Assembly: GCA_020184695.1 (NCBI GenBank)
Contig: JAANOX010000233.1
Coordinates: 124,001-188,000, forward strand
DNA from: Histomonas meleagridis 2922-C6/04-290x
Lineage: Eukaryota > Protista > Parabasalia
Length of the DNA: 64,000 bases
Direction of reading: 5' to 3'
Shown here: positions 33,841-46,100 of the stretch, piece by piece
Layout of the letters: every line of letters starts with the position of its first letter
Position numbering within the stretch: position 1 is the first letter of the stretch
Position numbers and translations under genes: made by a program
Notes under the pieces: model-generated
Databases searched by the model: none
Told to the model about the DNA's origin: nothing
The model's input: the letters and a program-made list of their open reading frames with translations, nothing else

Positions 33841-36800
33841 TCAAGCGAAATACCCAAGTGAGAAACTATATTTGAAATCTTCAATTTCTGGCAATTTAAC
33901 ATACTCATGTCTTGACCAGAACTCCTTTACCGCGCCTACTATTATTCCACTTAATTTGTTCTTGCTATAGAAAAGTTTTTCTAATTCTTCAAACATTATT
34001 GGTAACCATTTTGGAACATCTTTCCAACATCTCACAATGCTTAACAAAGCGCAAGCAGAATATATTGCGAATTGATTATTTTCTTTTTGTCTTAATTTTT
34101 CTATAGTTTCATCAGCAAGTTTATCGTAACCGTCAACGTAAAGTATTGAAATAACCTGAACGAATGTATCCAGAAGACCGTTTATAATATCACCGTTTTC
34201 TTCCTTTACGAAAAGTGGCAGCACTTCAAATAAAATCTCTTCATAAATTTCTTTTGTGAACAGAAACACTGAAGAGAACACTGAAATTTGAATGAACTCG
34301 ATAACGTTCAACTTTGTAAACCATGTAATTAACGGCATCGTTTCTTTGATTTTCTTCAGAATTAATTTGAATTGTTCACAATCCAAACCCCACATTAACA
34401 CAGCTGTTTTTTGTACTGAATTACTTGTTAATTCTTGGAATCTTGTTGAGATATTCGAATCCATCAACAAGAACTTATCAAATCTTTCAGCTATATACGG
34501 CATAAACTTTTGACAAAATTCGATCATATTCATTAATTGCGAGACGAATATTGCCAACAGTTCGTCATTTTTACCGAAGTTCTTATCGAATATCAACTTA
34601 AATATTACGTCCAATATACTTGAGTCAACATTTGGTGAAGATAACGCACTATTTCTAGCGACAACAAACTCTGCAAGTGCACTTATCGTACTTGGCATAT
34701 GTTGAGACAAGTCATCGAACTTTGGTAAAATTACGTTTTTCAGAATCGAAATATATTCGTTTTGGAATGAGATATCATATTCAGTGAATATACCACCCGC
34801 AACTTTTAACGCGTTACTTAAAGAATTCCCATTTGATTCCTCAAGCATTTTAATTAAGATTTCATTTAACCAATTAAATCGATGATAATTTAAATCTGCA
34901 ACGATTTCGAATGCAAATATTCCAGGTTGGAATTCATCATTTTGTTTCAAGCTTAATATCTTAGTGATTGTTGGGATTAATATTTCTTTAATTGCGACTT
35001 CTTTATCATTTTCAGCCCAATGTTTAAGACCTCTTGAAAAGCCAGTGAATGCTTTACAAGCGCATTTAACAGTTATTGGCGCTTGATCTAAATAATGAAT
35101 TAATTCCTTCATTAATGGTATCATTTTATCTTTAAGAATTTGCGTGAATCGTTTCCATATTGGTAAGAAGTTTAAGTCCGGCTTTTTACGTCCATTTGTT
35201 TCAGTTGTTTCTGGATTAATAGTAACAAACTTTTGGAATACTTTATGTATCATTCCTTCTTCACATAAGAAATTAATTACTGAATTACGGACATAATCAA
35301 ACCCATCATTAGGGAATATTGAAGGTTCTTCATATTTAATCACTTGATAAGGTTTACAATAAAATCCAACTGTTTCTCGATCACTATAAATATCAGGTGA
35401 ATAAGGGACAAATGTTTTCTTTGCAATTGGTTTTGCTTTCTTTAATAAATATGATAAACATATAATACAATCACCAGTACTATCGATTAATAATTCATCT
35501 AATAATATCTTAATGATTTCTTTAATGGATTTAGAGTTTTGATGTATACAAAAGTTAATGATTTGATAAAATATGGAATTTGGAATTGTACGTTTTAAGT
35601 TCGGTAATTCTTTCATTAATTTATCCCATTCTTCACAAGGTTCATCGATATTAATTCGATAAACACTTAATAATACATTACGATTACTTATATCAAATTC
35701 CCATTCTTTATCAATAGGTTGTGTGATGAAAGCTTTAAGATAACGTGATAATAGTTTTGGATTTTCGATTAAATTTTCAATACATTTATCAAGGAAATCA
35801 TTAACGCCATAAAATTGGACTTCAGTTTTATTATTATCTTCTAATATTTGAAGTTGTTTATTGATCATTTCAATTGATAATTCATTGTTTACTTCCGATG
35901 ATTCTTTTATCATAGAAACTGCTAATGAACGAATTTCATTGAAATGTGTATAAAGAAATGGTTCAATAGATTTAATGATATTGATAACTGAGTCATTTAA
36001 TTTACATAAAAAATTTGTTTGCGTTTGATTTTGAAGATTTTGTAATTTCATTAGTTTCAAAATGCGAATATTCTTTGGTTTAATTGAACGATATTCTCTT
36101 TGTTTTATCAAAAAATGCTTTAAAGTATATTGATTAATATAATTATTTAATGCGTCTAATGTTTCTTTAATTATTTGTAAGTTTTGAACTTTGTTTAATA
36201 TTTTTATTAATAGTTCCATAAATTTTATTTCGATTTCTGAAGTTTTATCGATTAAATAATCATTAACATTACCTTTTTTCTGGAATAAACCTGAAATTTT
36301 ATCAATGCATTGTATTAAATTCCTTTGTATTTTGTTATCAAATTCATTAATGTTTTCTACTTGTTTTAATAATTCATTATAAATTGTTTTCCCAAATTCA
36401 ATTGCGACTTCTTCATCGAATTTATACCATTTTGGTTTAATTTCATCAGATTCAAATCTTTTACCCCAATTATTGTTTAATTCATCATTCGGTACATATT
36501 TATAGTCAACAATTTTAGCGGTAACTAATTCATTAGCAATTTGTTTAATTATTGTTGACGCATATTTCATTTGTTTACTCTTTCTTTTGTTAATTAAATT
36601 ACAAATCAAATTTGTTATTTTCGGTATGTATTCTAATAACGAAGGACGTGCAATTATAGTACCTGATAAACAAATACTCCAAAACTTTTGTTTCGATTCA
36701 TCTGTTTCAATCTTCTGTATAAACTTTGGAATTAATTTGTTTATCATAAAGTCACCTTTAGCTTTAGCTATAGAATACATTAAATGAAATACATTTTCTA

Positions 36801-38469
36801 ATGATGGATCAAATGCATCGATCTTTTCAAACATATAATTTAATGAATCATTAATTATATCATCATCAAAACATGAGAAAAATGATGTTAAGTATGGAAA
36901 GACTTCATAATTACCTTTCGATTCAACATATTCCGTCTTGATCTCTATCTTTAAAAACCCATCAATTACATCATTAATTGAAGTTATTAATGAATGTGTA
37001 ACCATTCGTTTCTTCATTTCTAAATTTTCACTGTTTTTATTAATGTATAAATTCATACATATAAATGATAATGCTTTGATTCCACACATTACATTATCAA
37101 ATAAATATGATTTACACATTTCACATGAACTTTCAATGATTTTTATAATGTTGTTCATGTTATCATTAATATGTTCTTCACTTAATAAAAATGGTATCAT
37201 TTTCGTTATTGCTGAAATACTTGTTGTGGCGACATTTGCTAATTCGATTTCATTCATGTTTTGTAATAAAATAGGCAATAGTTCATTGATCATCGTTTCA
37301 TATGAAAGAACACATAATGAATGAATCATTGATAATGAAATTTTAGAAAATTGTTCCGATGAATAAAATAATGATTCTTTAACAAATGGTAAAACAATTT
37401 TCATAAATATTGGAATTTGTTTATCGGAAATCCTTCGTTTTGATTCATTCTTAAGATACATCCTTCCAACTTTGTTAATAAAGGATGAATAAAATAATAA
37501 AAATAATTCAATAGTATCTTGATCGGATTCAACTGAAATTGATTTGATGGCAATTTGCGTAAACTCCTGAAAAATATTGAGAACTTTATCACCAATGTCA
37601 CCTTCAACAAGAAGTTTTGCAAAGAATTTGGCTGGAATAGAACTTTCTTTTGTGACAGCAGTGCCAATAATATAAAGAAGCATGTTCGAATATGTTCGGT
37701 TAGGATTGGTAAGAAAATTAATCAAATTTTCACCAACACGAATTGTAGGTTGAAGAAGTTGTGTTGATGCATAAATAACATGCTTTAGATATGGAGTCCA
37801 CTCAAATGAATAAAACTCTTCATCATCAAGATGAGCAAAATATGAGATAATGGTTTGTGTAATTATTGGCTGAATAGGTTCTTTGATCAGATAAATGCAC
37901 TCCTTAAAGATTTTAGGGAAGTACCTGAGAGGAATTAATTGCATTAGTGAAAAAGCAGAATAGATGGAATCTGATTCAAGAGTTCCAATTTTATCAATAT
38001 ACATATATACAAGACGTTCTGCATCTGAATCGCTAATGTAATAGCGGAAATAATCAAAAACAGAGATAATGTTCGGGTATAGAAGAACTGGTAGTAATGG
38101 ACTTTTTTCTTTAAAAATTGCACGATATTTTAGAATTCTATCAAGAGGAAATGTAATGTTAGGTCGTGTAGATTGTTTAGAAGATATTTTTTTAAATAAA
38201 AATGCAGCTTGATTTTTGACATTAGTTCTTAATAATGATTCTGCTGTAATAAATTCAAACAAAGATTTCACCAATTTAGTTGTTGTTTCTGAATTATTTT
38301 TTATGAGTTTTTTACGATATAATGTTAGATAGTTGAGTGATATTGATATCATAGAAAAATCATTTTTTTCAACCCCTTCCTTAAGCATTTGAGTGTGTCT
38401 TTCAAATGTTTCACATGGATTAAAATTCTCTGTTTCTGGTAAAAGATTTAGGTCTTGAGAAGATTCCAT
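33841..38469 (-). CDS. PSME4: Proteasome activator PA200/Blm10 homolog
   Basis: 1542-aa HEAT-like protein. The C-terminus has VPKWLP, FWSRH and terminal YFA, matching the PA200/Blm10 YYA tail. Confidence 0.72.
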   Translation of the reverse strand: MESSQDLNLLPETENFNPCETFERHTQMLKEGVEKNDFSMISISLNYLTLYRKKLIKNNSETTTKLVKSLFEFITAESLLRTNVKNQAAFLFKKISSKQSTRPNITFPLDRILKYRAIFKEKSPLLPVLLYPNIISVFDYFRYYISDSDAERLVYMYIDKIGTLESDSIYSAFSLMQLIPLRYFPKIFKECIYLIKEPIQPIITQTIISYFAHLDDEEFYSFEWTPYLKHVIYASTQLLQPTIRVGENLINFLTNPNRTYSNMLLYIIGTAVTKESSIPAKFFAKLLVEGDIGDKVLNIFQEFTQIAIKSISVESDQDTIELFLLFYSSFINKVGRMYLKNESKRRISDKQIPIFMKIVLPFVKESLFYSSEQFSKISLSMIHSLCVLSYETMINELLPILLQNMNEIELANVATTSISAITKMIPFLLSEEHINDNMNNIIKIIESSCEMCKSYLFDNVMCGIKALSFICMNLYINKNSENLEMKKRMVTHSLITSINDVIDGFLKIEIKTEYVESKGNYEVFPYLTSFFSCFDDDIINDSLNYMFEKIDAFDPSLENVFHLMYSIAKAKGDFMINKLIPKFIQKIETDESKQKFWSICLSGTIIARPSLLEYIPKITNLICNLINKRKSKQMKYASTIIKQIANELVTAKIVDYKYVPNDELNNNWGKRFESDEIKPKWYKFDEEVAIEFGKTIYNELLKQVENINEFDNKIQRNLIQCIDKISGLFQKKGNVNDYLIDKTSEIEIKFMELLIKILNKVQNLQIIKETLDALNNYINQYTLKHFLIKQREYRSIKPKNIRILKLMKLQNLQNQTQTNFLCKLNDSVINIIKSIEPFLYTHFNEIRSLAVSMIKESSEVNNELSIEMINKQLQILEDNNKTEVQFYGVNDFLDKCIENLIENPKLLSRYLKAFITQPIDKEWEFDISNRNVLLSVYRINIDEPCEEWDKLMKELPNLKRTIPNSIFYQIINFCIHQNSKSIKEIIKILLDELLIDSTGDCIICLSYLLKKAKPIAKKTFVPYSPDIYSDRETVGFYCKPYQVIKYEEPSIFPNDGFDYVRNSVINFLCEEGMIHKVFQKFVTINPETTETNGRKKPDLNFLPIWKRFTQILKDKMIPLMKELIHYLDQAPITVKCACKAFTGFSRGLKHWAENDKEVAIKEILIPTITKILSLKQNDEFQPGIFAFEIVADLNYHRFNWLNEILIKMLEESNGNSLSNALKVAGGIFTEYDISFQNEYISILKNVILPKFDDLSQHMPSTISALAEFVVARNSALSSPNVDSSILDVIFKLIFDKNFGKNDELLAIFVSQLMNMIEFCQKFMPYIAERFDKFLLMDSNISTRFQELTSNSVQKTAVLMWGLDCEQFKLILKKIKETMPLITWFTKLNVIEFIQISVFSSVFLFTKEIYEEILFEVLPLFVKEENGDIINGLLDTFVQVISILYVDGYDKLADETIEKLRQKENNQFAIYSACALLSIVRCWKDVPKWLPIMFEELEKLFYSKNKLSGIIVGAVKEFWSRHEYVKLPEIEDFKYSFSLGYFA

Positions 38470-38568
38470 AGAAATGTCAAAAAATTTAAATTGTTCGACC
38501 AGTTAACCATTCAAATTATAAAAAAATGCCAAAATTCATCGAGTAAAAATATTTTCATTAATGATGTT

Positions 38569-39387
38569 TTACTTACCGGCAGCTGCTCTCCTTTTTGCAA
38601 ACAATGCAGCTAACTCATTTGCAACTGCGGCTTGTTGAGAACGTCCATCTTGATTAGACATGAGTTCAATGATTTGTCTCATCTTGGAAATATAGATGGA
38701 TTCAATGAAATCTCTGAAGTGAGCTGAGTTGGATTCAACAAGTTCACCTACATTTACAATATGATCATCATCAGTTTTCCATGGCTTAGTTGCGACTTTG
38801 CGGTCAGCTGTACTTCCACCAATAGAAAGAGGTTTAGTCAACCCTATGTCGATGGACACATGCATTAAGACAGATGATGTTAATGTATATGTAGCATTTG
38901 AACTTGACTCATCAACTTCAATAACGTCACTACAATCAATAACACCCTTGATTCTTTCTCCTGATCGGAGCTTTGTGTCAATAATGTTTTTGATGAAAAC
39001 ACCAAAACCAAATAATTTATCTTCAATATCCCAAAGATATACAGAACATATTCCACCTTGGAAATAAAGGTGACGGTAAGCGTTGAAAGCAGTGTTAGCT
39101 TTGATTTCCATCTTTCTTAAACGATCTGGGATTTGTTGACCATCAGGAAGTGGCGGGAAATATTTGTTAGAGATTGGTGAACGATGGCTATCAAGATCTC
39201 GATTAAACTCACAAGCAACAAATTTACCACCGGCTTCAGGATCGTCTTGAATCTTCATTGGCGTATCAACTGTACTTAAAAGTGTATCTGTCAAATCTGG
39301 GCAGAGGTGGATAACATCGAAAAGGCGTGGTTCAATATCTGATGGCTGAACACGACGAAGAAGATCGTAGACCGCGTCTTCGGACAT
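38569..39387 (-). CDS. CAPZB: F-actin capping protein beta subunit
   Basis: DLLRRVQP, LLSTVDTP, CEFNRDLDSHRSPISNKYFPPL, LYFQGGICSVYLWD. Confidence 0.96.
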   Translation of the reverse strand: MSEDAVYDLLRRVQPSDIEPRLFDVIHLCPDLTDTLLSTVDTPMKIQDDPEAGGKFVACEFNRDLDSHRSPISNKYFPPLPDGQQIPDRLRKMEIKANTAFNAYRHLYFQGGICSVYLWDIEDKLFGFGVFIKNIIDTKLRSGERIKGVIDCSDVIEVDESSSNATYTLTSSVLMHVSIDIGLTKPLSIGGSTADRKVATKPWKTDDDHIVNVGELVESNSAHFRDFIESIYISKMRQIIELMSNQDGRSQQAAVANELAALFAKRRAAAGK

Positions 39388-40087
39388 AAATTGTGAAACA
39401 AAGCTCTCAATTTATTTTGAATAAAAAGTGGCAATAGTTTTCTACATTCTTTTATTATAATTCATTTTAAAGCAAATAATTATTGATATGATGATGGTGT
39501 TTTCCACCTTTACGTTCGGAGACACATCTTATCACAATGAAATTTCATAAAAATAATGAATCATAAATGGAATCAAATTTTCCAATTCAAACAAGAAGTA
39601 TGTTGTAACGACAAACTTTGCGTTGTATATAATATTTCCGTGATTAATACTTGTTTTATTTCTGTAATTACATTAAATATGTCAATTCATTTTCATTTAT
39701 TTTTGAATTTATCATGTATACACCTTCTAGCTATGAGTTGAATTAAAAACCACTAATTTTTTATAGGCAAAAAATTGATATTTTTTTAGAGATTTGTTTA
39801 AAAGTTCTCGCCAAACCACTTCTATTGTTTTTTTTTACAACATTTCAAAAATCTGAAGAAAATTCAGTTGCTCAGAATTCTAAAGCCCCAAAACCAGAAA
39901 AAACAAACGTCTTTTTTCACAACCCTATCAAAAGTGTAGTTTGACATTTCTATAACTTTTGGAATTTTTGCCAAATAAAAACTCCCAAATTTTATCTATT
40001 TGAATGAAAATATCATTTACATAAATTTATTTATCTTATCGATTTATCCTAAAAAATTGAAAAAAAAATTGTTCATTTGGTCTTATT

Positions 40088-41089
40088 TTAGATACCAAGG
40101 AGTTGGAATGCAGCGTTGCGTTCGTTGATGAGTTCTTGTTCTGTAGTATTGAGCTTCTCTTGGAGCCATTCGCTAACTGGGAGTCCTTCAACAACCTTAA
40201 CCTTGCCTTCTGGTGTAACTTCGCATGGGAATGAGAAGACTGTTCCCTTCTTGATTCCATATGGTTCATTATCTGGAACTGGGATAGCCATTGAGACGAT
40301 CTTTCCAGACTTTGTACCAAGTACCCAATCTCTCATTTGGTCAATAGCAGCGTTAGCAGCAGATGCAGCTGATGATGCACCACGTGCCTTGATAACTGCA
40401 CCACCACGTGTTGAGATCTTTTGAACGAATTCACCATGGAGGAATTCTTCGCCAAATAATTCGGTGGCTGTCTTTTCACCATCCTTTGTTTCGATAACGC
40501 AATTTGATGCATCAGGAACTTGTGTGTTGGAGTGGTTACCCCAGATGCAAACACCGTGAACCTTATCACTGGAAACGCCAGCCTTTTGAGCGAGTTCACC
40601 AATTGCACGGTTATGATCAAGACGTGTCATAGCTGAGAAGTTTTCTGGGCCGAGGTTTGTAGCATAGTGAAGGGCGATGCGGCAGTTAGTGTTGGCTGGG
40701 TTACCAACAACGATAACTTTAACTGTTTTCTTAGCATTGTTAGAAAGTGCTTCACCTTGTGTCTTGAAGATACCACCATTGATCTTAAGGAGATCAGAAC
40801 GATCCATTCCATCCTTACGTGGGAAGGCACCAACAAGGAAAACAATATCAGCATCCTTGAAAGCAACGTTTGGATCATCTGTGCAAACAACACCAGCGAG
40901 TGTTGGGTATGCGCAATCGGTAAGTTCCATGCTAACACCCTTTAAAGCACCAACTGCTTGTGGGATTTCGAGAAGGTGAAGTTTAACTTGGGTGCATGGG
41001 CCTAAGAGATCACCCTTGGCAATACGGAAGGCAAGAGCATAACCAATTTGACCGGCAGCGCCAGTGATAACAACATTAACAGGAGCCAT
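40088..41089 (-). CDS. MDH: Cytosolic malate dehydrogenase
   Basis: [25 protein letters not shown] (Arg specificity residue), [22 protein letters not shown]. Confidence 0.96.
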   Translation of the reverse strand: MAPVNVVITGAAGQIGYALAFRIAKGDLLGPCTQVKLHLLEIPQAVGALKGVSMELTDCAYPTLAGVVCTDDPNVAFKDADIVFLVGAFPRKDGMDRSDLLKINGGIFKTQGEALSNNAKKTVKVIVVGNPANTNCRIALHYATNLGPENFSAMTRLDHNRAIGELAQKAGVSSDKVHGVCIWGNHSNTQVPDASNCVIETKDGEKTATELFGEEFLHGEFVQKISTRGGAVIKARGASSAASAANAAIDQMRDWVLGTKSGKIVSMAIPVPDNEPYGIKKGTVFSFPCEVTPEGKVKVVEGLPVSEWLQEKLNTTEQELINERNAAFQLLGI

Positions 41090-41281
41090 GTTGCAAAGTG
41101 ATCCAAAAGCCTCAAAAAGTGGACTGGGTGGTCAACGTACAGAAAAATTGTGAGAACATTAAATTGAATCAAACACCTCTTTTTGAAAGAGTAAATAGCC
41201 GTTGTAAAAATTAAATGGGGTGACTTAACGGCTTTTTGCACGTTAAATTCAAATAAATATATTCACTTTTTCTATGGGAAT

Positions 41282-42757
41282 TTGATATCACATTTCATGT
41301 TGAAACAATGGCAAGAAATCGAATCATCTTTGCAAAATGTTACTTTTACTGACTCGTTTGGAATTGGTGATACACGCGTTTGTTGTTCAAAAATACCGAT
41401 AAGACCTGGATCAAATACAATTGATTGCATAATTCCACCACAATCCTTTAAAGATCTAGAAATTCTTTTAAAAATGCAAGCAAATAGTTTTTTCAAAGAG
41501 TTTAATGTTAGTGTAATAATTGCAGAAGATCTCTTTCGTCAATTGCGAACGAAAAGACCAGATGAAATTCCATTTTTTCAGGGGTTAGAACAAGACACTC
41601 ATTCAAATATTAAAGTTGCACTTACAACTGCTGCTACTTCACCTCTCAAATTTCTATATTCTGGTTTACTAAATGTTGTTGGTAATAGACAAAAAGCCAT
41701 TCAAACATTAGGTGAAATTATTCCTGAGCGATATCAAATGGCATTTGTTTATTACAGTCATTATCGACAGTTATTTAATGCTTATCACGATTTCTTTGTT
41801 CATAAGAAAAGCGAAAGTTTACTTTTAGTTCATTTAATTGAGGATACTGAAATCAATGGATATTGTATCACTGAAGTTAATGCAGCACCAGAAACGCCTA
41901 AGACGATGCTTTTTAAAAGCATACGACAAATTAAACAAATTGTTACATATGAACGCGATTTTTCAGATGATGGCGACATTATGGAAGAAGCTTTCACTTC
42001 GTATCACAACTTACTTCGCTCTATTGAATCACTTAAAGCGCAAACAACAGACTCACAACAAATCCAACAACTTAATGAACTAAAAGTTCAAGCATCACGA
42101 GCAGTGTGTAATTTTATTAATAATCCACTTGATCAAAACGTGAAACTTGTTGATGTCTATGGTATATCAACAATGGTTACGTATAGTAAAGATGATTATT
42201 TCTATATAAATTCGAGGCAAACGAAAACATTAATTGATCGATTAGATAAATCAGAAAAAGATGAACGAAAGCGGACATTAATTAATAGGTTCAAATATAT
42301 TTCAATTATTTTCTTAATCTTATCGATCATTATTAAGAAGACATCAACAACAAATGTAATCATTTCATTTGTATTATTTGCTATTTTTGGTTATACATTT
42401 TATCTCTTCTGGAAAAGCGGTGGACTTTCACAGAAGAGTGATCCATATAAACTTTCGATTATTGGGAAATTGAAGCTGATGTTATTCAGTTTATTTCCAC
42501 GATTTTCGAAGATATTTTTTGTCGACGAAGAGAAAAACTTAAGGAAAATGCAAGCGAAATTAGAATTAAGAAGAGAAGGAAAAGCAGTGATGAAAAAGGC
42601 ACTGAAAGATACAGTAAGAAATATAAAAGATGACTTCTTACTCAAAATATCGGGAAGAAATGATTTGGGATTTGATATAGCGGCAACATTGAAATTCCCA
42701 AACGAATTTGATGGAAATACTTCAAATCAAAGAAGAATCAGAAGTTATAGAAATTAA
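41282..42757 (+). CDS. Hypothetical protein with two predicted C-terminal TM helices
   Basis: 491-aa intact ORF with hydrophobic stretches YISIIFLILSIII and VIISFVLFAIFGYTFYLFW. Confidence 0.8.
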   Translation: MISHFMLKQWQEIESSLQNVTFTDSFGIGDTRVCCSKIPIRPGSNTIDCIIPPQSFKDLEILLKMQANSFFKEFNVSVIIAEDLFRQLRTKRPDEIPFFQGLEQDTHSNIKVALTTAATSPLKFLYSGLLNVVGNRQKAIQTLGEIIPERYQMAFVYYSHYRQLFNAYHDFFVHKKSESLLLVHLIEDTEINGYCITEVNAAPETPKTMLFKSIRQIKQIVTYERDFSDDGDIMEEAFTSYHNLLRSIESLKAQTTDSQQIQQLNELKVQASRAVCNFINNPLDQNVKLVDVYGISTMVTYSKDDYFYINSRQTKTLIDRLDKSEKDERKRTLINRFKYISIIFLILSIIIKKTSTTNVIISFVLFAIFGYTFYLFWKSGGLSQKSDPYKLSIIGKLKLMLFSLFPRFSKIFFVDEEKNLRKMQAKLELRREGKAVMKKALKDTVRNIKDDFLLKISGRNDLGFDIAATLKFPNEFDGNTSNQRRIRSYRN

Positions 42758-43186
42758 TAAATGTATAAATTGCGGAGTCACATTAAAATATAAACTTTTT
42801 CTACATGAGATTTTAAAAGATGAATTTTGTTTTGATAAAATTTACATTTGTTTCATTCCAAAATATGTTCAACACGCAATGAGATGCAGATCTGCATTAT
42901 CAGGTAATTTAATTTCAGCTGCACCTGTTTTAATTGTTCTAATAAATGTGAATTCTTGAGAATGTTCGTTAAATCAGAATTTCGAGATTTTATATATATT
43001 TATATATATAAACTTCATTAACAAATATCTTCAATTCGATTGCATTGTTTTAAAAAATTCTCTTACTAAATCATTCAAGTTGAAACTCACTTTTTGATAT
43101 ATCTTAAACAATAAATTCTATAAGTTGATTCAAAAATGTGACTTCGAAAAATTGAAACCATTTCGATATCAAAATAATTTTTGTTG

Positions 43187-46100
43187 ATGGGTTCAGCTTA
43201 TAGTAAGGCTATCAAATACAAACAAAACATCCAAATATTACAAAATTTTGAGAAAATTATTTTTAACTTAAATGATTACAATATAGATGAATCAACTGAA
43301 TCTTTATTTCATTATTTTTCTGAAGAATTATCATACTCATATATTTTAATAATATGTAGAATTCTATATTATGTCTCAAGTCATAAAGAAATATTATGTT
43401 TTGAGTTTTTGCAGAAATTTGAAAATATATTAAGCCAAAATATCAAAGCTATTTTTACTAAATTTTTGTTACAGATTAATTCGCAAGAATCAAAATATCT
43501 TCTTGAAGTAATGATTCAAAACTCAATGATTAATCAGAATATTATTAAAAACAATGTATCTTTATATTTTGCAGAATATATTCCAGAAAATGTCAATAAC
43601 AATTACACTTGTTTCGAATCCCGAATTTTTAACAAGGAGATTTTATCAAATTTTGATCCTAAATTTATAACACAATTTCAGAAAAATTATGAAGAACTTT
43701 CAAAGAATAAATGGGAACTTCATAAGCAATTAAAAAAAGAAGGAGTTAATCCAATTGAACTTGCGCAAATAATTCGAGATGATGAGGTCGAAAAACTTCA
43801 AGAAATATCATCACAAAGTAATTTTGATTTTAATCAAATAATTGAGCCATCACTTTATGAAAGATGTTCATTCATTAACAAAGAAAATGTTACATTGATT
43901 GATTATGCAGCATTTTTTTCTTCTGTTAAATGCTTTAAATATTTACTTATGAATGGTGCAAGTGTAGAAAAAACAGGTAAATACGCTGTTGGAGGTGGAA
44001 ATGAAGAAATCATTCATTTATGTGAACAAAATCATTCGTCATTTGAATATGCTTATGAAACAGTAATTGAGTTTCATCGAAATGATATCTTTAAATATCT
44101 TTATGAGAATGAAATTGCTGTAATTAATAATTTAGAAGAAATAGGAAAAAAATGTATTTTGTATTGTAATTTTGATATTCTTTCATTTTTATTTGAAAAA
44201 GGGATGAAAGTAAATGAAAATATTATTATTACTTCGATCAATACAGGAAATTTATATATTGTCCAATACTTTCTTGAAAGCAATCCGATTCCTATTGATT
44301 TTTTAAAAATTTCAGGTTTTTCTGGAAATATGGAACTTTTAAATTTTTTAATTAAAAATGAGTACATTAATTTAAAAAAGATAGTTTGTTTCTTTTATTA
44401 GATTTTTACTAAAATATTTTATTATTTGATATAAATTTTTACAATTTTTTTAAAATATTGTTGGCACTAATAAATGCTTCAAAAAATGGTTATACTGAAA
44501 TAGTTAAATTACTTCTTTCCCAAAAAGGAATTGATGTTAATGTAAAAGATATTTATTTGTTTTATTTGGTATTTATCTTAATAATTTTGGTGTTTCTCAA
44601 AGTGATATTTGGAAATCTTTTAAAATATTTAAAACAACACTTATGATTGCTTCTGAAAATGGTTATACTGAAATAGTTAAATTACTTCTTGAACAAGAAG
44701 GAATTGATGTTAATGTAAAAGATATTTATTTGTTTTATTTAATATTTATTTTGATAATTTCTTATTTCAAAATAATATTTGGAAATTATTTAAATTATTT
44801 AAAACAGCACTTATGTATGCATCTTGGAAAGGTCGTACAGAAATAGTTAAATTACTTCTTGAACAAGAAGGAATTGATATTAATGCTAAAAATATTTATT
44901 TGTTTTGCTTAGAATTTATTTTAATAATTTTATATTTCAAAATAATATTTGGAAATTATTTAAATTATTTAAAACAGCACTTATGTATGCATCTGAAAAT
45001 GGTCATACAGGAATAGTTAAATTACTTCTTGAACAAGAAGGAATTGATATTAATGTTGAGGATATTTATTTGTTTTATTTAAAATTTATTTTAATAATTT
45101 AATATTTCAAAATAATATTTGGAAATTATTTAAATTATTTAAAACAGCACTTATAAGTGCAACAGAAAAAGGTTATACCGAAATTGTGAAATTACTTCTT
45201 GAACAAGAAAGAATTGATGTTAATGCTAAAGATATTTATTTATTTTATTTTGGATGTATTTTAATAATTTAATGTATTAAAATTATATTTGGAAATCGTT
45301 TAAATTATTTGAAACAGCACTTATTTTAGCATCTGATGAAGGTTACAAAGAAATAGTTAAATTACTTATTGAACAAGAAGGAATTGATATTAATGCTAAA
45401 AATATTTATTTGTTTTAATTAAAATTTATTTTATTATTTTGATATTTCAAAATAATGTTTGGAAATTGTTTAAATTATTTTATACAGCACTTATCAAAGC
45501 ATCTTATGAAGATCATACAGAAATAGTTAAATTACTTCTTGAACAAGAATCAATTGACATTAATGCCAAAGATTTTTTTTTGTTTTATTTAATATTTATT
45601 TTAATAATTTCTTATTTCAAAATAACATTTGGAAATTGTTTAAATTATTTAATACAGCACTTATGATTGCTTCTGAAAATGGTTATATAGAAATAGTTAA
45701 ATTACTTCTTGAACAAGAATCAATTGACATTAATGCTAAAGACATTTATTAGTTTAATTTAATATTTATTTTAGTAATTTCATATTTCAAAGTAATATTT
45801 GGGAACTATTTAAAATATTTAATACAGCATTTATGATTGCATCTAATAAGGGTGATACAGAAATAGTTAAATTTCTTCTTGTACAAGAAGGAATTGATAT
45901 CAATGCAAAAGATACCTCTATCTTTTATTTAAATTTTTTTTTTATAATTTTATTTTTCAAAATAATATTTGAAAATTGTTTAAATTAATTGAAACAGCAC
46001 TTATGCATGTATCTGAAAAAGGGTATACCGAAATTGTGAAATTACTTCTTGAACAAGAAGGAATCGATATTAACCAAAGATATTAATTTGTTTTATTTTG

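Noticed and set aside
44724-44800. Reading each 77-nt loop as a single 68-nt intron
   Set aside because: No GT-AG pair or ACTAAC...AG motif. It cannot explain lengths in exact multiples of 20 nt or the conserved Gly codon in the middle.
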